DNA of 64,000 nucleotides from Pocillopora damicornis (GCF_003704095.1 NW_020847369.1:62001-126000), one strand, 5' to 3'. Shown: positions 1 to 12,534, counted from the stretch's first letter. A program made the numbers and translations. Notes: a model not told the origin generated them from the sequence alone.

Positions 1-306
1 TTTGTTAACAATATATTTATTTCAATTTTTGCCCGGAAAATGTGGTTTTAAGTAAAAAAAAATATATCTTCAAATGTTTATTTCTTATCACCTCGCTTGA
101 AAATTTTTTAATACTCTCGAGGATAAATTCCTCTTTTTATCACTTTATTTATTAGAGAATTTCCACACAAGGTCAAAAATTTCTGATTAATAAGAAAACT
201 CTCCTCATGGATTTATCAGTCTGACTCACCAGTTTAGAAAAATGCTAAACAACCAAAATAATCAGGAGGATGGTGAACTAATTATGCTGCTCTTGATCTG
301 TTTTAG

Positions 307-3300
307 TTATCCAACTGACGTACAGAAATGAAGCTAAGGATACAACTCCATTCTGCTGGTATGGGATCTGTGCTACAACCTATATTGGTGCAATGCTGGC
401 CAGTAATAAGGCTCTTCAGTGGGTGAACTATCCAACTCAGGTTAGTATAAATTCCTCTTGATCAATCCTTGCAATACGATCGCTTATTTTGTTTCAGTGA
501 CTCAGTTTTCATAGGCTGAGAAAATATTCACTTTGATGCAAAAAATGTTGCTTGAAAAAGCCAGGTTGCAAGGGTCACCATATATTTCAAATTTAATCTG
601 ATAAACTCTAATAATTCTTTTTACTATTTTCCATGAAGTGAAACTTAATCATAATTTTGTTTTGCTGGTAGGTCTTAGGGAAGTCATGTAAACCTATTCC
701 AGGTGAGTGATAACATAGAGCAGGTATTGTCATTGATTAGGAATGAATTGATGTACATACTAACTTTAATTGCAGATAAAATATGACAGTTTAGAAAGAG
801 GAGAATTTTGTTGTAGTTTAAATTGATCTGAGTCGAAACATTTTTTCATGGCTGTATTTGTGATAAATTGTCACAATTCTTAATCAAAGAAAGCTACAAA
901 CTAACCTTATACCTACCAATCATGACTGAACTATGCCACTTGAGTCTGACAGCCAATAACATCACAGCAAAACTGACCAATCAATTCATACAAACTGGAC
1001 TAAGAACATAAGACTGAAAACAACTATTCAGTTGACACTGATGATGACTTCCACTCAGGTTGTCAAAATGTCAGTCACCACCACTGAAAACAGTCCTTCT
1101 TAGGACTACACTTGTCTGGATGATCAAACTACACTATTACAAAATTAATCTAGTTTTGTTTCTAATTTGAAGACTTCATTATTTGATGAATGACACAGGA
1201 ATACTCAAAAACATGTTTCTGAATGCTCCCAATTGGAGTCAGGCCAGTTAGTGGTTTGGATGCTCTACCAGGGAGCTTTAGGTATAATCATAGATCAGTA
1301 ATGAATTGAGTGAGCTGTAGGAGCGGGGTGGCAGGCTGTGCTGTCCATGTTGACAAACTTCCTGCATACTGCTAGGAAAGGAATGTTGATGTGTGTGCAT
1401 TGATGATGTTAGTGAATATTGTTAGATTTTAACCCTGGTTTTTTGGTTTAAGATGATGGTATTCAGGAAATGATGCGATTTGGGCATTCTTTTGAGTATA
1501 CCAGTGTTTTATTCACTGAATAACATTGTCTTTCACTAAAATCACCAGGCCTAAAATCAACCATTTTCATTCATATGTTTCTAATTGTCTTTCAGTTATG
1601 ATTCTGGGAGTTCTTCTAGCAAGGAAAAGATATCCCCTTCTGAAATACCTATGTGTTTTTCTTATTGTTTGTGGAGTAGCTCTGTTCATGTACAAAGAGG
1701 TGAGGTGATAAGCTGTAAATATAGAAAAATATTACAAACTTGTCACAAGAGTGGAATTTAAATATATCTGAGGATGCAAGCCTCAGACTTTTGGATATCT
1801 ATAACAACTATCTACAACATTTTTCTGACCAAGTTCAAAACTTACCAAAAGAAGACTAAATTTTCAAATTGGTGATTAATTGTAGAATAAGAAACAAGTA
1901 TCAAATGACAGTGGAAGCTGGATTGGATTTGGAGAACTCCTCTTGGTAAGTAGTGTCACACATGTAGGGCTTAGGGTGGGGTGGGAAGGGAGCTCAGAGG
2001 AAAAGAGAGAGTTGGGGAGGGGGTAGGTGGGAAGTTGGTTCAATAGCTGTTTTAGGTTGTAAATGCTTGGCTGCTTAGATGATGAGGTGTGCTATTTAGA
2101 CTTGATGGCAATTTAATGCAGTGGTCAAATGTAGGCATGAGTGAGGGGATCAATTCTGGCCGGCTGGGCACTAATTTAGTGTGCAAAATTTCAAAGCAAA
2201 ACGTAGGAAATGACCACACATGCATCATCATCATCACCATCATTTTATTTGCCTTTCAATCAGTACAAAAAATTTATCTACATGATGTGGAGACCCAAGA
2301 AGCCACTAGGCTTATGGGACAGGCCATCTCACTTTCAACACTACTGGTATATTCAAAAAAGATTAAGTGCTACAAATGTGTGTCTTGGCCAGCGTAGTGA
2401 TTATTAAAGTAAAAACTTGTGCATTTTTGCTGTAAAGCTAAGAAGGTTTGATGAATGAGCAGCTGAAAGCGAGTGAGCAAGAGTGAAAAAGAGACAGAGA
2501 GGGTGGAAGTAAAGCACTATGAATTATAGGTTTTCAAAATGTGTTTACAACTCTTGCTGGTAAAATGTTTGCACGAGGAATTAAATTTTAGGTGGTTGAA
2601 AATTAATAGTTTGTTTCTTTTTGCAGCTTGTATCTCTGACATGTGATGGATTGACAGGTGCGGTGCAGGACAGAATGAGAGCAGAACACCACGTCCAGTC
2701 ACACCATATGATGTTTAACATGAATCTCTGGTCAATTGGTATCTTGGCGATAAGTAAGTAACAGCAAAGCTAGCTTTTTTTTTAAAATACACAAGTTCTG
2801 AACAGTTGAAGAGGAGAAGTATGCTCCATTGTGCGCGTTGTGGTTTTCATATGTGGCTAGGTCACAAAATCTTTTGTTCAAAATGGCGGCTTTTACGGTG
2901 AAATGTTTTACACACCTGGACAAAACAATTTGGGAACAATTACATGTAGCCCCTTGTTTGGAATCTCAAAACGCGGTAGAAAGTTCATATTTATATCAAC
3001 CTTTTGATGGTGGATTTCAATCGTAAAGATTTTGGAGCATACTTCACTTTTAAAACAGTTTTGTGAACACTGTTGTAAAACATTTTCAAAGCAATTTTTG
3101 AAGCGATTTGGATGTGATCTGGGACTTGGCAAACTTTAGTTCGCACATTTTACTTTTTTCTCCTTGGCGTTTATATTTTTTAATAGTGACTTTTGAGTCA
3201 ACTTATATTTCGAGGGAAATCATAAACTGCAGCCTTTTTTGTCCTTAGTTTAACTGATAGCACTTGATGTACTCTTTGAGCAGTTGCAGTTGAGTTTTAT

Positions 3301-6300
3301 TATTTTTGAAGAACCACCGTTAAGTCTTTTCTTATTACGTCCACAGCTCTCTTGACAAGTGGTGAAGTCTTCCAGTTCATTGCATTTTGCCAGCGGTATC
3401 CTTACGTTCTACTACACATATTCACATTCAGTCTGGCTAGTGCTATAGGACAGGTATGACCAGTTTTAAGAACGAGTATAATCCTTATTAGGTACTGTCT
3501 TTTTAGGGCTCTTTTCGATATTGTGTCGTAAAACTAAAACAAAAGCAATCGCAGCGGCCAATCAGAAAAAAGGAAAAGACCTTTCAGAGCCAATGAGAAC
3601 TCAAAATAAAAACTATCAAACTGCCTAAAGCGCGGGAAAAACGCGGGTGACCAAATCGCGATTGGTTTCAATTTTGAATCTGATTGGTTTAAAAAGTGGT
3701 GCGAATTTTTCTTGACCAATCACAAAGCGAATTGAAGCGATGCCAGAGCAATCCCGGGTTACTTTATACACTCAATTGAAATTTGCTCTAATACAAACGT
3801 ATTACAGATTCTCGGGCCGCTCAGTGTGCATATTCTCCATACTGTTCTCTATACATTTCCTAAGGTGCTGACAAAGAAAATTTGTTTAACGATCAAGAGC
3901 TTCTTTAGTTGGTGATCATTTCCTTTATTTTCATGGCCTCAATGTTTGATTCAGAGATGAGAAATTCGATACTAGTGGCTCTCAGGGGTCAAAGGTTTCA
4001 GAAAAGTGATTGGTTATGGGACTAAAATAAAAACGAAAATGAACAGCAGTAACAACAATTAAACAAGAGTGAGCTTGTATAGTGTAGGCTGCATCTGATT
4101 GGCTGTAAAGACCTGCCAAGTTCACACTGATTGGTGAGCAGTTATCAAATCAAGGTCACGATTTTCCAGGGGATGAGTGAATCCCCTAAGTCTTATGCCT
4201 TGCATGGAGATCGGTTCTTCCTTAGAATTAACCAAGGTTTTACTTTTTTGTGGACTTGGGGAGGTTTTCTTTCTTTTGCCCCGCAAGAGTTTCGTCACGG
4301 TCTTCCGGAATTCTCGAATCTTGAGCACGTAGATGATGAAATTGGCGAAAGAATTGCTATAGTGCAAAAACTTTGCGAAGTAAATCAACTGGAGAACATA
4401 ACAGTCTTTGCAGAACATGATGATAATGTTCATAATGTAGAAAGGGACCCACGTGAGGATGAACACAACTGTGATTAAGGACAGCGTTACCGCTAGCTTT
4501 TTTTCTTGTTTCGTGCCTGTCCTGTGGTTTTGGCTCACAGGCTTCCTAACCTTGTGCCAAATCATAGCGTAAGCGACAGAAATTAAAATCAATGAAGTGA
4601 ACACGCAGACAAGCACGGCGTAGTTGAAGACAGTTTTTAGCAGGTCTTTGCTGGTGAAATTGCTCAGAACGCGAATCCCAGCAACGCAAGCCGCTAAGAA
4701 CCAGACCAGGCCGATCTCCATCAAATAAGTCGCTTTGGTGATAGTTTTGTGCTTGTGAGGGCGGAACACAGAGTATGCGCGATCCAGCGCTATGGCGACG
4801 AGCGCAAAGATTGACGCGAAACCCATAAACGCGTCGATAGGCAGGTAAATCTCGTTAAACCGGATTCTGGCCTCGTTTTTACGTAGATAATAAAACAGCA
4901 TTTCAGTTACGTACATCGGTATTGAGCATGCGCCAACCATAAAATCCGCTATCCCCAGGCTCACTAAGAAGTAGTTGGTGCGGGCGTTGGCGAGCTTTTT
5001 GTTTGTGCTGAATGCTGCGATTGTCAGCGAGTTTCCGACGATGATGGCTATTGCTACAATAGCATACGATATCGCCCAGCCAAGTAGGCTTGGTATTGAA
5101 ATGTAACCTTGTAGTTCGCCTTGATTTGTTTCGTTGTTCGTTGTATCCGTGACGTTCACGGAAGGTTCATGGCAGTTCATGGCAGATTATTGTAGTCTAG
5201 AAACAGAAAGCAAATTGTGTTAATGGAGCCGACTCAGAGCGATTTATTTCGATGTTATCTTTGTTTCAAGTCACACTCGAGACTGACTAGAATAGCACTT
5301 GAAGCATATCCCAGACGGTTTCAACTCCCCCCTCCCCTGGGTAAGGTACTAGTCCCATCACAGGTCAACCCCCTCTTCTCCACAATTTCACCAGGTTTTC
5401 TTTCTCACCCCCCCCATCCGAAGTTTTCGGTACCCATTTTTACTCCTGGGTGAGGAAAGGCACTGTCAGGATATCATGTCTTGCCTGAGAACACAACAAA
5501 AGAAGGAATAATTCTAACGAAATTCAGCTGTGCAAACCTGAGCGAGCGAGCCTGAAGCGCGGGAAAACGCGAGTAAGTCGGGAGTGATTTTTTGGTAAAA
5601 ATTGTATTGGCTTAAAGATTGGCGCAAATTTTTAACCAATCACGGTGTACAGTGATGCAAAACCAATGAGATGTCAGATTAATTCCGATACTTAGCTAAA
5701 AATTGCTCTTAGGTGGGATTTCCTGCAATCATTTTGGACCACTTTGTGTACGTGACCGCACACCGCAAATTTATTTCTGACATCTGCGGGATTTTTCGTT
5801 CGTCTGGTTTAAGGTGGAAGTGTCAAATTGTCAGTGATAAAATTCACACTCGGTATGTTCAATAACAGTCTGTGGTAGTTATTAAATCGAAGGAACTTTG
5901 GCGGTTGTCGAAAAAATAATTGTAATGTGGGTAAGGTCAAGGAACGTGTAAACTTGTTGAAACAACAGCACTTGTAAACGATTGTCCTCGGAACTTTTTG
6001 GGAGTCTCCAGGTTTCTTACATTTTTCCCGAAATTGTAAAACTTTTATTTAAAAGTCATTTCTAAAAAGTAGGACAAAAATAATGAGGTTTGCAGGTTCT
6101 TTATTAATGTAGTTACTTTGAAGAAGGGTTTTAGAGCTTAGAAATTGAATTAGAAACTGCATACCATGTGTACATGGTGAACTTCGTTCTAAATTGGCGG
6201 ATTTACTTTTTGGGCTCTCATCCAGCAACTAAATATTTGTTTGCTCTTTTTTAACATATAAATTTTTTCCTTGATTCAAAATTTTTTTCCTAGTTTTTTC

Positions 6301-9300
6301 TTTCTATTTTTTGTGCGCACAAAGGAGGCAGCTAACGAGACAGTTCGCCTCTGTTTCAAACAGATTATAACTATAATATTTCTCGTCGTGACACTTTTGA
6401 AATTCTGCCTGATCTTTAGCCAAGCTCCACAGTTCAGTTCAATTACATGTTATTGACTTTTTCGTCAACTGAGAGCATTTCACGTCGTTTTCGTTTACCC
6501 GCGAAATGACATTCGACGAAAAGTCAAAACTGTAGAATAATGCAGCAAAATAAAAACAAAATAAAAGTGAGCATTTAGTGGTCATAAATTTCACTTCGAT
6601 ATGCAGTTAATTTCCTATTAAATAATTTTTCAATTTTGTCCTCTGTGCAAAGTTTACTTTTTTTTTAATGGCGTTTGCTTTTGTGGTGCGGAAATGACTT
6701 ATTTAACCATGCCTTGACATCTGCACTTTTTTACCATTTAGTCATTGAAAAGGCTTTTTTTTAGTCCTTAGTAATCGCTCTTCTAAGCTCAAATTCAGTC
6801 AAGAACTGTTGTTTTTTTTGGCGCATTACTGCTTTAACGCGTTATCTCTCTGATGCAAGTGCCTTTTAAGGCATTTTTTCTCAGCCGGTATTATTCTATT
6901 GTGATGATATTTTAGTAATATTTAAATTGCGTCTCGTTTTATAGCTCGAGGCGAGCAGTTTTGATTATCATTACGATATGACGAATTTTTATGTGAGATG
7001 AAAGACTTCCCGATACATGACGCTTTCTTTTATTTTCGTAACCTCAAGCAGAATATCGCGTAATTCACTGAATTTCAGTATCGTTCCTTCACTATTTCTG
7101 GTATCTGTACCTGTATATGACATTTCGCAATTAAAGTTTTACTTTCTTATTGTTTGTTTTGCGTAGTATGTAGCTTGGAAAACTTCAACAAGCGAGCGCA
7201 GTTTGATATTACTTCTCCACTGACTTTTGAAAACGTTGCCCAGAAATTGAATTTGAATTCGATTCGGAGGACTTTGCATGCTCTTGTGGGAAAAGTCGCC
7301 GAATGAAGTATGATATTCCTTCATAAAGTACGTAGCAATAGTTTTTTTCTTACCTGTCGACTTTAAAACGTGGTTTTTAGTTTTATTCCGCTTTTATCTG
7401 ATTAAAACCACGGCGTTTTCGAGCTTTTGAAGACTCACTGTCCCTTGCAAGTTGAGGACTCTGGTGGTGGTAGCTGTGTTGCAAATTTGTCTTCTTAATG
7501 TGTTACTGTCAGCGCCTTTTGTTATAACCAGCAACTGTTATTGCTTCCTGTGCAGCAACCAATCGAATTACGCAGGTGAGATAATTTTTCGCAAGCAGAT
7601 ACGACATCTAATTTGGCGCTAAATTGCGTTACGATTAGGAAGTCGATGAAACTCTCGATTGTATGTATGATTGTATAAAATCGTTTAGGTTCATTTTCCA
7701 CTAAATATTTCGAAATATATCGCGACGGGCTACCAACGTCATTAAGATAAAACACAGTTGGTTTAAATGCCGGAGGAAACCAAGTGGTCCTCAAGACTGT
7801 CATTAACCTTAATTCAGTTTTTTCTTGCAATAACAATATTGACGAATCCCTTTGTTCTTAAGTCACTCAAGTTTTCGGTCTGTGTTTGTGACAGAGGGGG
7901 ATACGTTCTGTATTTTATTAAAACTTTTAATTCGCCTATGTTGATTGTGAATTTAGAGGGTATTTGGTGAACTGTGTTTGATGCTTTTTGTGGGCTGTAA
8001 AAATTAGTCTATTTCCGATAATGTAGATAAGCCCTTTCGTATTCATTTGAATTAGTTGTGCGGAGAGTTTTACAGGAAGCCGCAAGAGAAAGGTGGGAAA
8101 TTGTGTCTGATTGTCAGAAAATAGCGTGAACTCGGTCTGATTGCGGAAAACAAAGGCAGGAATCATGTCTGATATTGAGGAAATAATTTGTAGGAGAGAA
8201 ATAGCGCGAATAAACTGGTATAGTTTCCCTGCATCGGGAAATTTGGCATGCTGCATTGAAAAAATGGCGGGAAACTAGGTGACCTCAGCTGAAAAATTGA
8301 TTCGCTTCGCGAGGATAATGGCGGGAAACTATAATTGTACGCGGTGGAAATAGCGGGAAATTTAGCGTGCTACGTTAATAAAAAGGCGATAAATTTAGTG
8401 GCTTTAGTTGAAAATAGGTTTGCATCCCAAGGATGATGGTGGGAAATTAGACTTGTAGCCGCTAGGAATAGCAGAAAATTAACGTTTAGTGCGGAAAGAA
8501 ATTTCTGAGGAATATTATGACGTAAATAAAGATTTGGCGGCACTTTGTGCTATATTTGATTAGGTGTCATACTTGAAATTTATGGTTAGAGTTAAATATA
8601 TTGTGTGAAAATCTGTCTGGAAAAGTTGTGATCTCGTCTAATTGCATCTCGGTCACCTCCTGATGGTAAGTAATGTCCAAGTTCTCTTGGCACATGTGAC
8701 TTACTGTCAAGCGCACTAGGAAAAAGAGTGACAAATTAATCAACAAAAACTGTTGGAAAGGAGTGTAAGGCGGCCGGTTTAAAAGAATTGATATTCTGAT
8801 CTTTTAGTTGACCCTATCTAATCAGCAAGCAGCGAAACTCTAGAACTATCGTTTACCAATCTAGTGTCCGGTCATCACACAATGCTATTTTCAAAATAGC
8901 TAAAAAAATTCGATGAAGAAAAGAGAGTTGGGGCTAAAGATGCCACATTCTAAATAGAATAATGTTTTGCAAGACTTAATAGTTATCCACACACGTTCAT
9001 ACATCAGTTAAGATTCATATGCACTTGCATGATATGGTGAGACGCATCTCTGTTTATTGGTAATTTACCTTTTTCCCTTGAAATCAAGATCTTTAGTTCC
9101 GTTAACGCTTCACTGTTCAGTTTTTATCTCGTGTTTCGATTTACGTGAGCTTTTATCAAACTTGAGTTTGCGTAAGAGCTACATATGGCGTTTTCTCTTT
9201 GTTTTATCACATGTTTCGGAAATTCTTTTCGTGATTCATGTTTTACCTAAATTTTTGATTTTTATCACAAAATATTATGCAAATGCCCGTACGTTCCAAC

Positions 9301-10583
9301 TAACTCGCGTGCGGTTCCACTTGAAAACCTTTGAAAATCGTGGGTTCTTTTTTACCAGAAGTTTACGGTTGTAAACAACGAGGTGTCCCTATAAAGCGTA
9401 TCTCGACCCGCAAGCCAATAGAAATCGTGACGGAATATGACGGAAAGGAAGGGCTGATCATAGCCTACTTCGGTAGGTACACCGAAAAACAGCTCATGAA
9501 TTCGTACTTAATATGAAACCTAAACAGAGCAGTTCGTTCTTGCAAAATTTTTGTGCAGGGATTTAAGAAAGTTTTTCCGACGCCAGTTTGTTTTCAGTTA
9601 GGGAATCAGAGAGTCCTGCAATACTTGACTTACCCTGGAGGTCGAATTTGTTTCATGATCGCCATTGTATTCCCAAAACGAACGCCCTTCAGTAGGGTAG
9701 TGCTGGTGTCTCGAAAGAAAATAACATATGAAGTGAATCATATTTTAAAGTGTGTTTCATAAGTTACCAATTTTTCTTGACCATCCTCAGTCGTTTCCAA
9801 AGTGTTTGCGTTGGTAAAGTAGGGGAGAAGGCGAGGAGACCTCTCTCACTTTCACGCTACCCATTACACTTCACGTTCCCATTCTACCTGCGTCGGTTGC
9901 CGCCGTTAGACTGGGAATGAGTCAGGAGTTTTTCTGTGCGGTAAACTTCAGTTAAGGAAATTTCGGAAAGGGCCTGGAAAAAAGAACTAAGGCATGGGCT
10001 TAAACCTCTCGCCTCTCATACACTACTTGGGTGCCACCACCAATGGAGCCACGAAGCCTCATCTTGTGAGCGAGGCAAATGGGTGCCGTGGTCTCCTCCT
10101 TAATCCTTTGACTCCCAGAAGTGATCAACATGTAACTTCTCTCTGTGATATCCGTACATTATCTAACAAACAGGTAATGAGAATACTCAAACTTATCAGG
10201 TAGAAGTTGCCATCTTGATCTAACACCAAATTCTCAAAACTAATTTACAAGGAAATGTTTAGCAGCTGGAGGGGAGAATTAACAGCTAGTTCCCAGGAGT
10301 TTAAGGGTTAACAAACGTAATCAATAATACTACATGGATTAAATAGTGTTAAATTTCTTTTCTGATTTTATTTCCATCACAGAATTTCATCTTCATGACT
10401 GTGGCTAACTTTGGCCCACTGACCTGCTCCATAATCACCACAACTCGTAAATTCTTTACAATCCTCGCCTCAGTGCTCTTGTTTGGAAATTCGCTTATCA
10501 CCCGCCAATGGCTTGGTGTGTTTTTGGTTTTCGCTGGACTCACACTGGACAGCATTTATGGAAAAGCAAGGAAAAAAGCGTAG
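307..10583 (+). CDS. SLC35B1: Solute carrier family 35 member B1 (UGTrel1/AXER, ER ATP/ADP exchanger), 5'-partial, 7 exons visible
   Basis: Phase-consistent GT-AG exons 307-440, 672-702, 1596-1699, 1886-1945, 2627-2753, 3347-3453, 10383-10583. They give ...[41 protein letters not shown]...[16 protein letters not shown]...[10 protein letters not shown]...[41 protein letters not shown]...GKARKKA*, which are SLC35B1 hallmark motifs. Last intron 3454-10382. Confidence 0.95.
900..1140 (+). mobile_element. Penelope-like element terminal fragment with a decayed minimal hammerhead motif
   Basis: tgaca-CTGATGA-t-gac..gtc-AAAA-t-gtc-agtca at 1033-1077 has the layout of a type I hammerhead. The assignment to a Penelope-like terminus is from recalled family patterns. 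Confidence 0.55.
1200..1450 (-). mobile_element. Degenerate tRNA-derived SINE
   Basis: ctcccaattggagtc...ggatgctctacca..gagct is the reverse complement of a decayed tRNA-like head. Confidence 0.4.
3507..3790. repeat. Dispersed CCAAT-rich repeat (family A), non-autonomous element
   Basis: Core aagcgcgggaaaacgc...gattggtt...tctgattgg...gaccaatca recurs at ~5540-5710, ~41790-42180, ~42920-43120 and ~43589-43857, with decayed remnants near 31400-31730. Confidence 0.8.
4122..5180 (-). CDS. Rhodopsin-class (class A) GPCR, monoamine-receptor-like; single coding exon nested in the last intron of SLC35B1
   Basis: 352-aa ORF with 7 hydrophobic segments: GN (TM1), LGIADF (TM2), ALDRAY (TM3), W4.50, FILTWVPF (TM6), [11 protein letters not shown] (TM7) and helix 8 EFRKTV. 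It also has N-terminal N-glycosylation sequons (NVT, NET), Asp3.32 and Tyr7.43. Confidence 0.92.
   Translation of the reverse strand: MNCHEPSVNVTDTTNNETNQGELQGYISIPSLLGWAISYAIVAIAIIVGNSLTIAAFSTNKKLANARTNYFLVSLGIADFMVGACSIPMYVTEMLFYYLRKNEARIRFNEIYLPIDAFMGFASIFALVAIALDRAYSVFRPHKHKTITKATYLMEIGLVWFLAACVAGIRVLSNFTSKDLLKTVFNYAVLVCVFTSLILISVAYAMIWHKVRKPVSQNHRTGTKQEKKLAVTLSLITVVFILTWVPFYIMNIIIMFCKDCYVLQLIYFAKFLHYSNSFANFIIYVLKIREFRKTVTKLLRGKRKKTSPSPQKSKTLVNSKEEPISMQGIRLRGFTHPLENRDLDLITAHQSV
5335..5497 (-). mobile_element. tRNA-derived SINE body fragment
   Basis: ggtacccatttttactcctgggtgaggaaaggcactgt...tgtcttgcc is the reverse complement of the SINE core at 54635-54690 (aagacactta...caggagtataaatg). 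Confidence 0.55.
7354..7560 (-). promoter_or_regulatory. Putative non-coding first exon / promoter region of the nested GPCR
   Basis: A minus-strand acceptor (ctttctgtttctAG, intron end at 5197) lies 16 nt upstream of the GPCR ATG, and a strong minus-strand donor CAG|GTAAG is at 7354/7353. The implied 5'UTR intron is 5197-7353. The 5' end of this exon is a guess. Confidence 0.4.
8000..8500. repeat. Degenerate tandem repeat (~120-bp period) rich in (G/T)GCGGGAAA
   Basis: Units beginning cgggaaattt at ~8235 and ~8354 align along their length. ggcgggaaa/ggtgggaaa motifs recur at ~8092, 8266, 8320, 8353 and 8437. Confidence 0.65.
10100..10311. mobile_element. piggyBac-like MITE (TTAA-flanked)
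   Basis: TTAA-tccttt...aaggg-TTAA ends. A close copy in the opposite orientation lies at 33412-33623. Confidence 0.8.
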
Positions 10584-11043
10584 AAGAGATAATTGTCCGA
10601 AAATTAGGTAGCACAAGTAATTTTTTGGTCGAAATCAAAACAGCAGAGAATAGTTGAGCCAGCGGTTTCCGTTGTTAAGCATGATGAAGGGTGACTTGAT
10701 GGTCACTTTAGCTCGCTCCTTTCCCTGACTGATCGGTTAGAAACTTACTTGTTCACTCCTGTTGTCATTTTAACAAAGAAACAAATATATTTATTAGTTT
10801 CTGTATTTATGTGAATAGCAAATCTGTAGAGATTGTCATTGTAAACAGCTCAAGTACCATGTGAAAGCTGAAAAACGAAAACCATAGCGTGAAGAATGCT
10901 AAAAACGTTTTGGTTTCTCTTGTGATTGAGTTAAAAGAATAGTCTAAAGCGGTCAGTATCAGAAAACCGAAACAGCTTGCGTGAATCAGGGAGAAATGGA
11001 TTAAAATATGCGCTTTCCGTCTTAACATAGGGGGCGGAATTTT

Positions 11044-11080
11044 GGGGGGGGGGGTGGGGGATGGGGGATGGGGGATGGGG
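11044..11080 (+). repeat. G-tract / (GGGGGAT)n, G-quadruplex-forming motif
   Basis: G11-T-G5-AT-G5-AT-G5-AT-G4, downstream of the SLC35B1 stop codon. Confidence 0.8.
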
Positions 11081-12534
11081 CGCTGTAGATCCTCAAACGA
11101 AAATTTGGGGGAGGTAGAGCCTCCCCCGTACGTTTCGGTGTGGAGACTATCGCTGGAGTAGCATAACTGTTTTGGCAAAATATTCAGTCCTGTTATCCCT
11201 TCACTAATCATCTCTTCAGGATTGCACCTGACGGAAAAAAAACCCTCATTGCGGTATTTTTTTTAGCGAATAACTGCCTTCTTATGCATTGACAAACATG
11301 GATCACCTTTGCTCGTAAGGACAACCACGCATAGGCCACTATATTTTTCAGGAACTTTGAGTCAAGGTACTCATTTGACTTGATGCACGTTGACCATCGG
11401 CTACCCTATGTTGTTTATCGCTTGCTTCCCGTATGGAAGCACGAAAAGTATTTCTTATTAGTCTCACTGACTTTGGCGTACGAATTAAAATACTTAACAC
11501 AGAATTCGATGCATCGTTTATTAGGCGTTGTTCACAGTTAGGAGTCAATAGTCAGTTTCACCTTGATCATTACGACGAAAAAAATGGACCCTGAGTGTAC
11601 TTATTCTACAATTCTTTGTCGACCCTGTAAAAAAATTGCGGAGAAAACCTTTATCCACTGTAAATGCAAAATTACTTTCACTTTGGTGTAAAAACAACTT
11701 GAAGCGAATAGCAAAAAGGTTACCAGCTATGTCTGGTTGCTGTTTGCCGGTGAATAGCATGGTTCATCTCCTTCATGAAGTAGAATATTGATTGAAGAGT
11801 TATGAAAAAGATTTGTTGAATACGGATCGTTAAGAAAGCTCGCGATTTTTCTGACGAGGTGTTGAGTCTCGGGGAAACTGTCGCTGCAGGAAACTTTGAG
11901 AATTATTTGATGAGTTATCGTTGAGGATCGCTTTTAAAACAGTACCTTTCACAAATTAGATAAAACGGAAAGAAAGCAAAATACTAACTATATGGTGATG
12001 TACCATGCTCGAGCGCCTTACTCCAAGAGCTTCCCGCGGCGCGCTAACATCAATTTTTTTTTACTGATTTCAGTTTTTCAAACGCGCGACGGACTTCTCA
12101 GAAAAAGAAGGATTGCTCGTAGTCTAGAAAGACTTTTGTTCGTTTGAGGTTTATGATTCATGACTTTCGCTATCGTTTCTACAGAGGGGGGGAGAGAGGA
12201 CAGTTTCTCAAACTTGAAGACCACAGATCCTATAATTTGACGAGAGAAAGATGTCATAAAAAATTAAATTTAGACTAAATCTATTTCTTTCGTGTCCTGT
12301 TTTAATACGATTATAGATGCGGTTAACAATGATCGTTTATGAATACCATTTTCTGTTGGTCAATTTGAAAATTAATCTACTAAACCAAAAGGAAACTTCT
12401 CTCTCCGGAAAGGAAGCGCTAATCTATATATCATCTACACGGCCAGTTAAGGGCGAGTGCTCATTTGTCGGTAGTCTAGGAACTGATCTATTCCTTGAGC
12501 CCGCGTACCAATTGGTCTGAATACTTCTTTCAAG

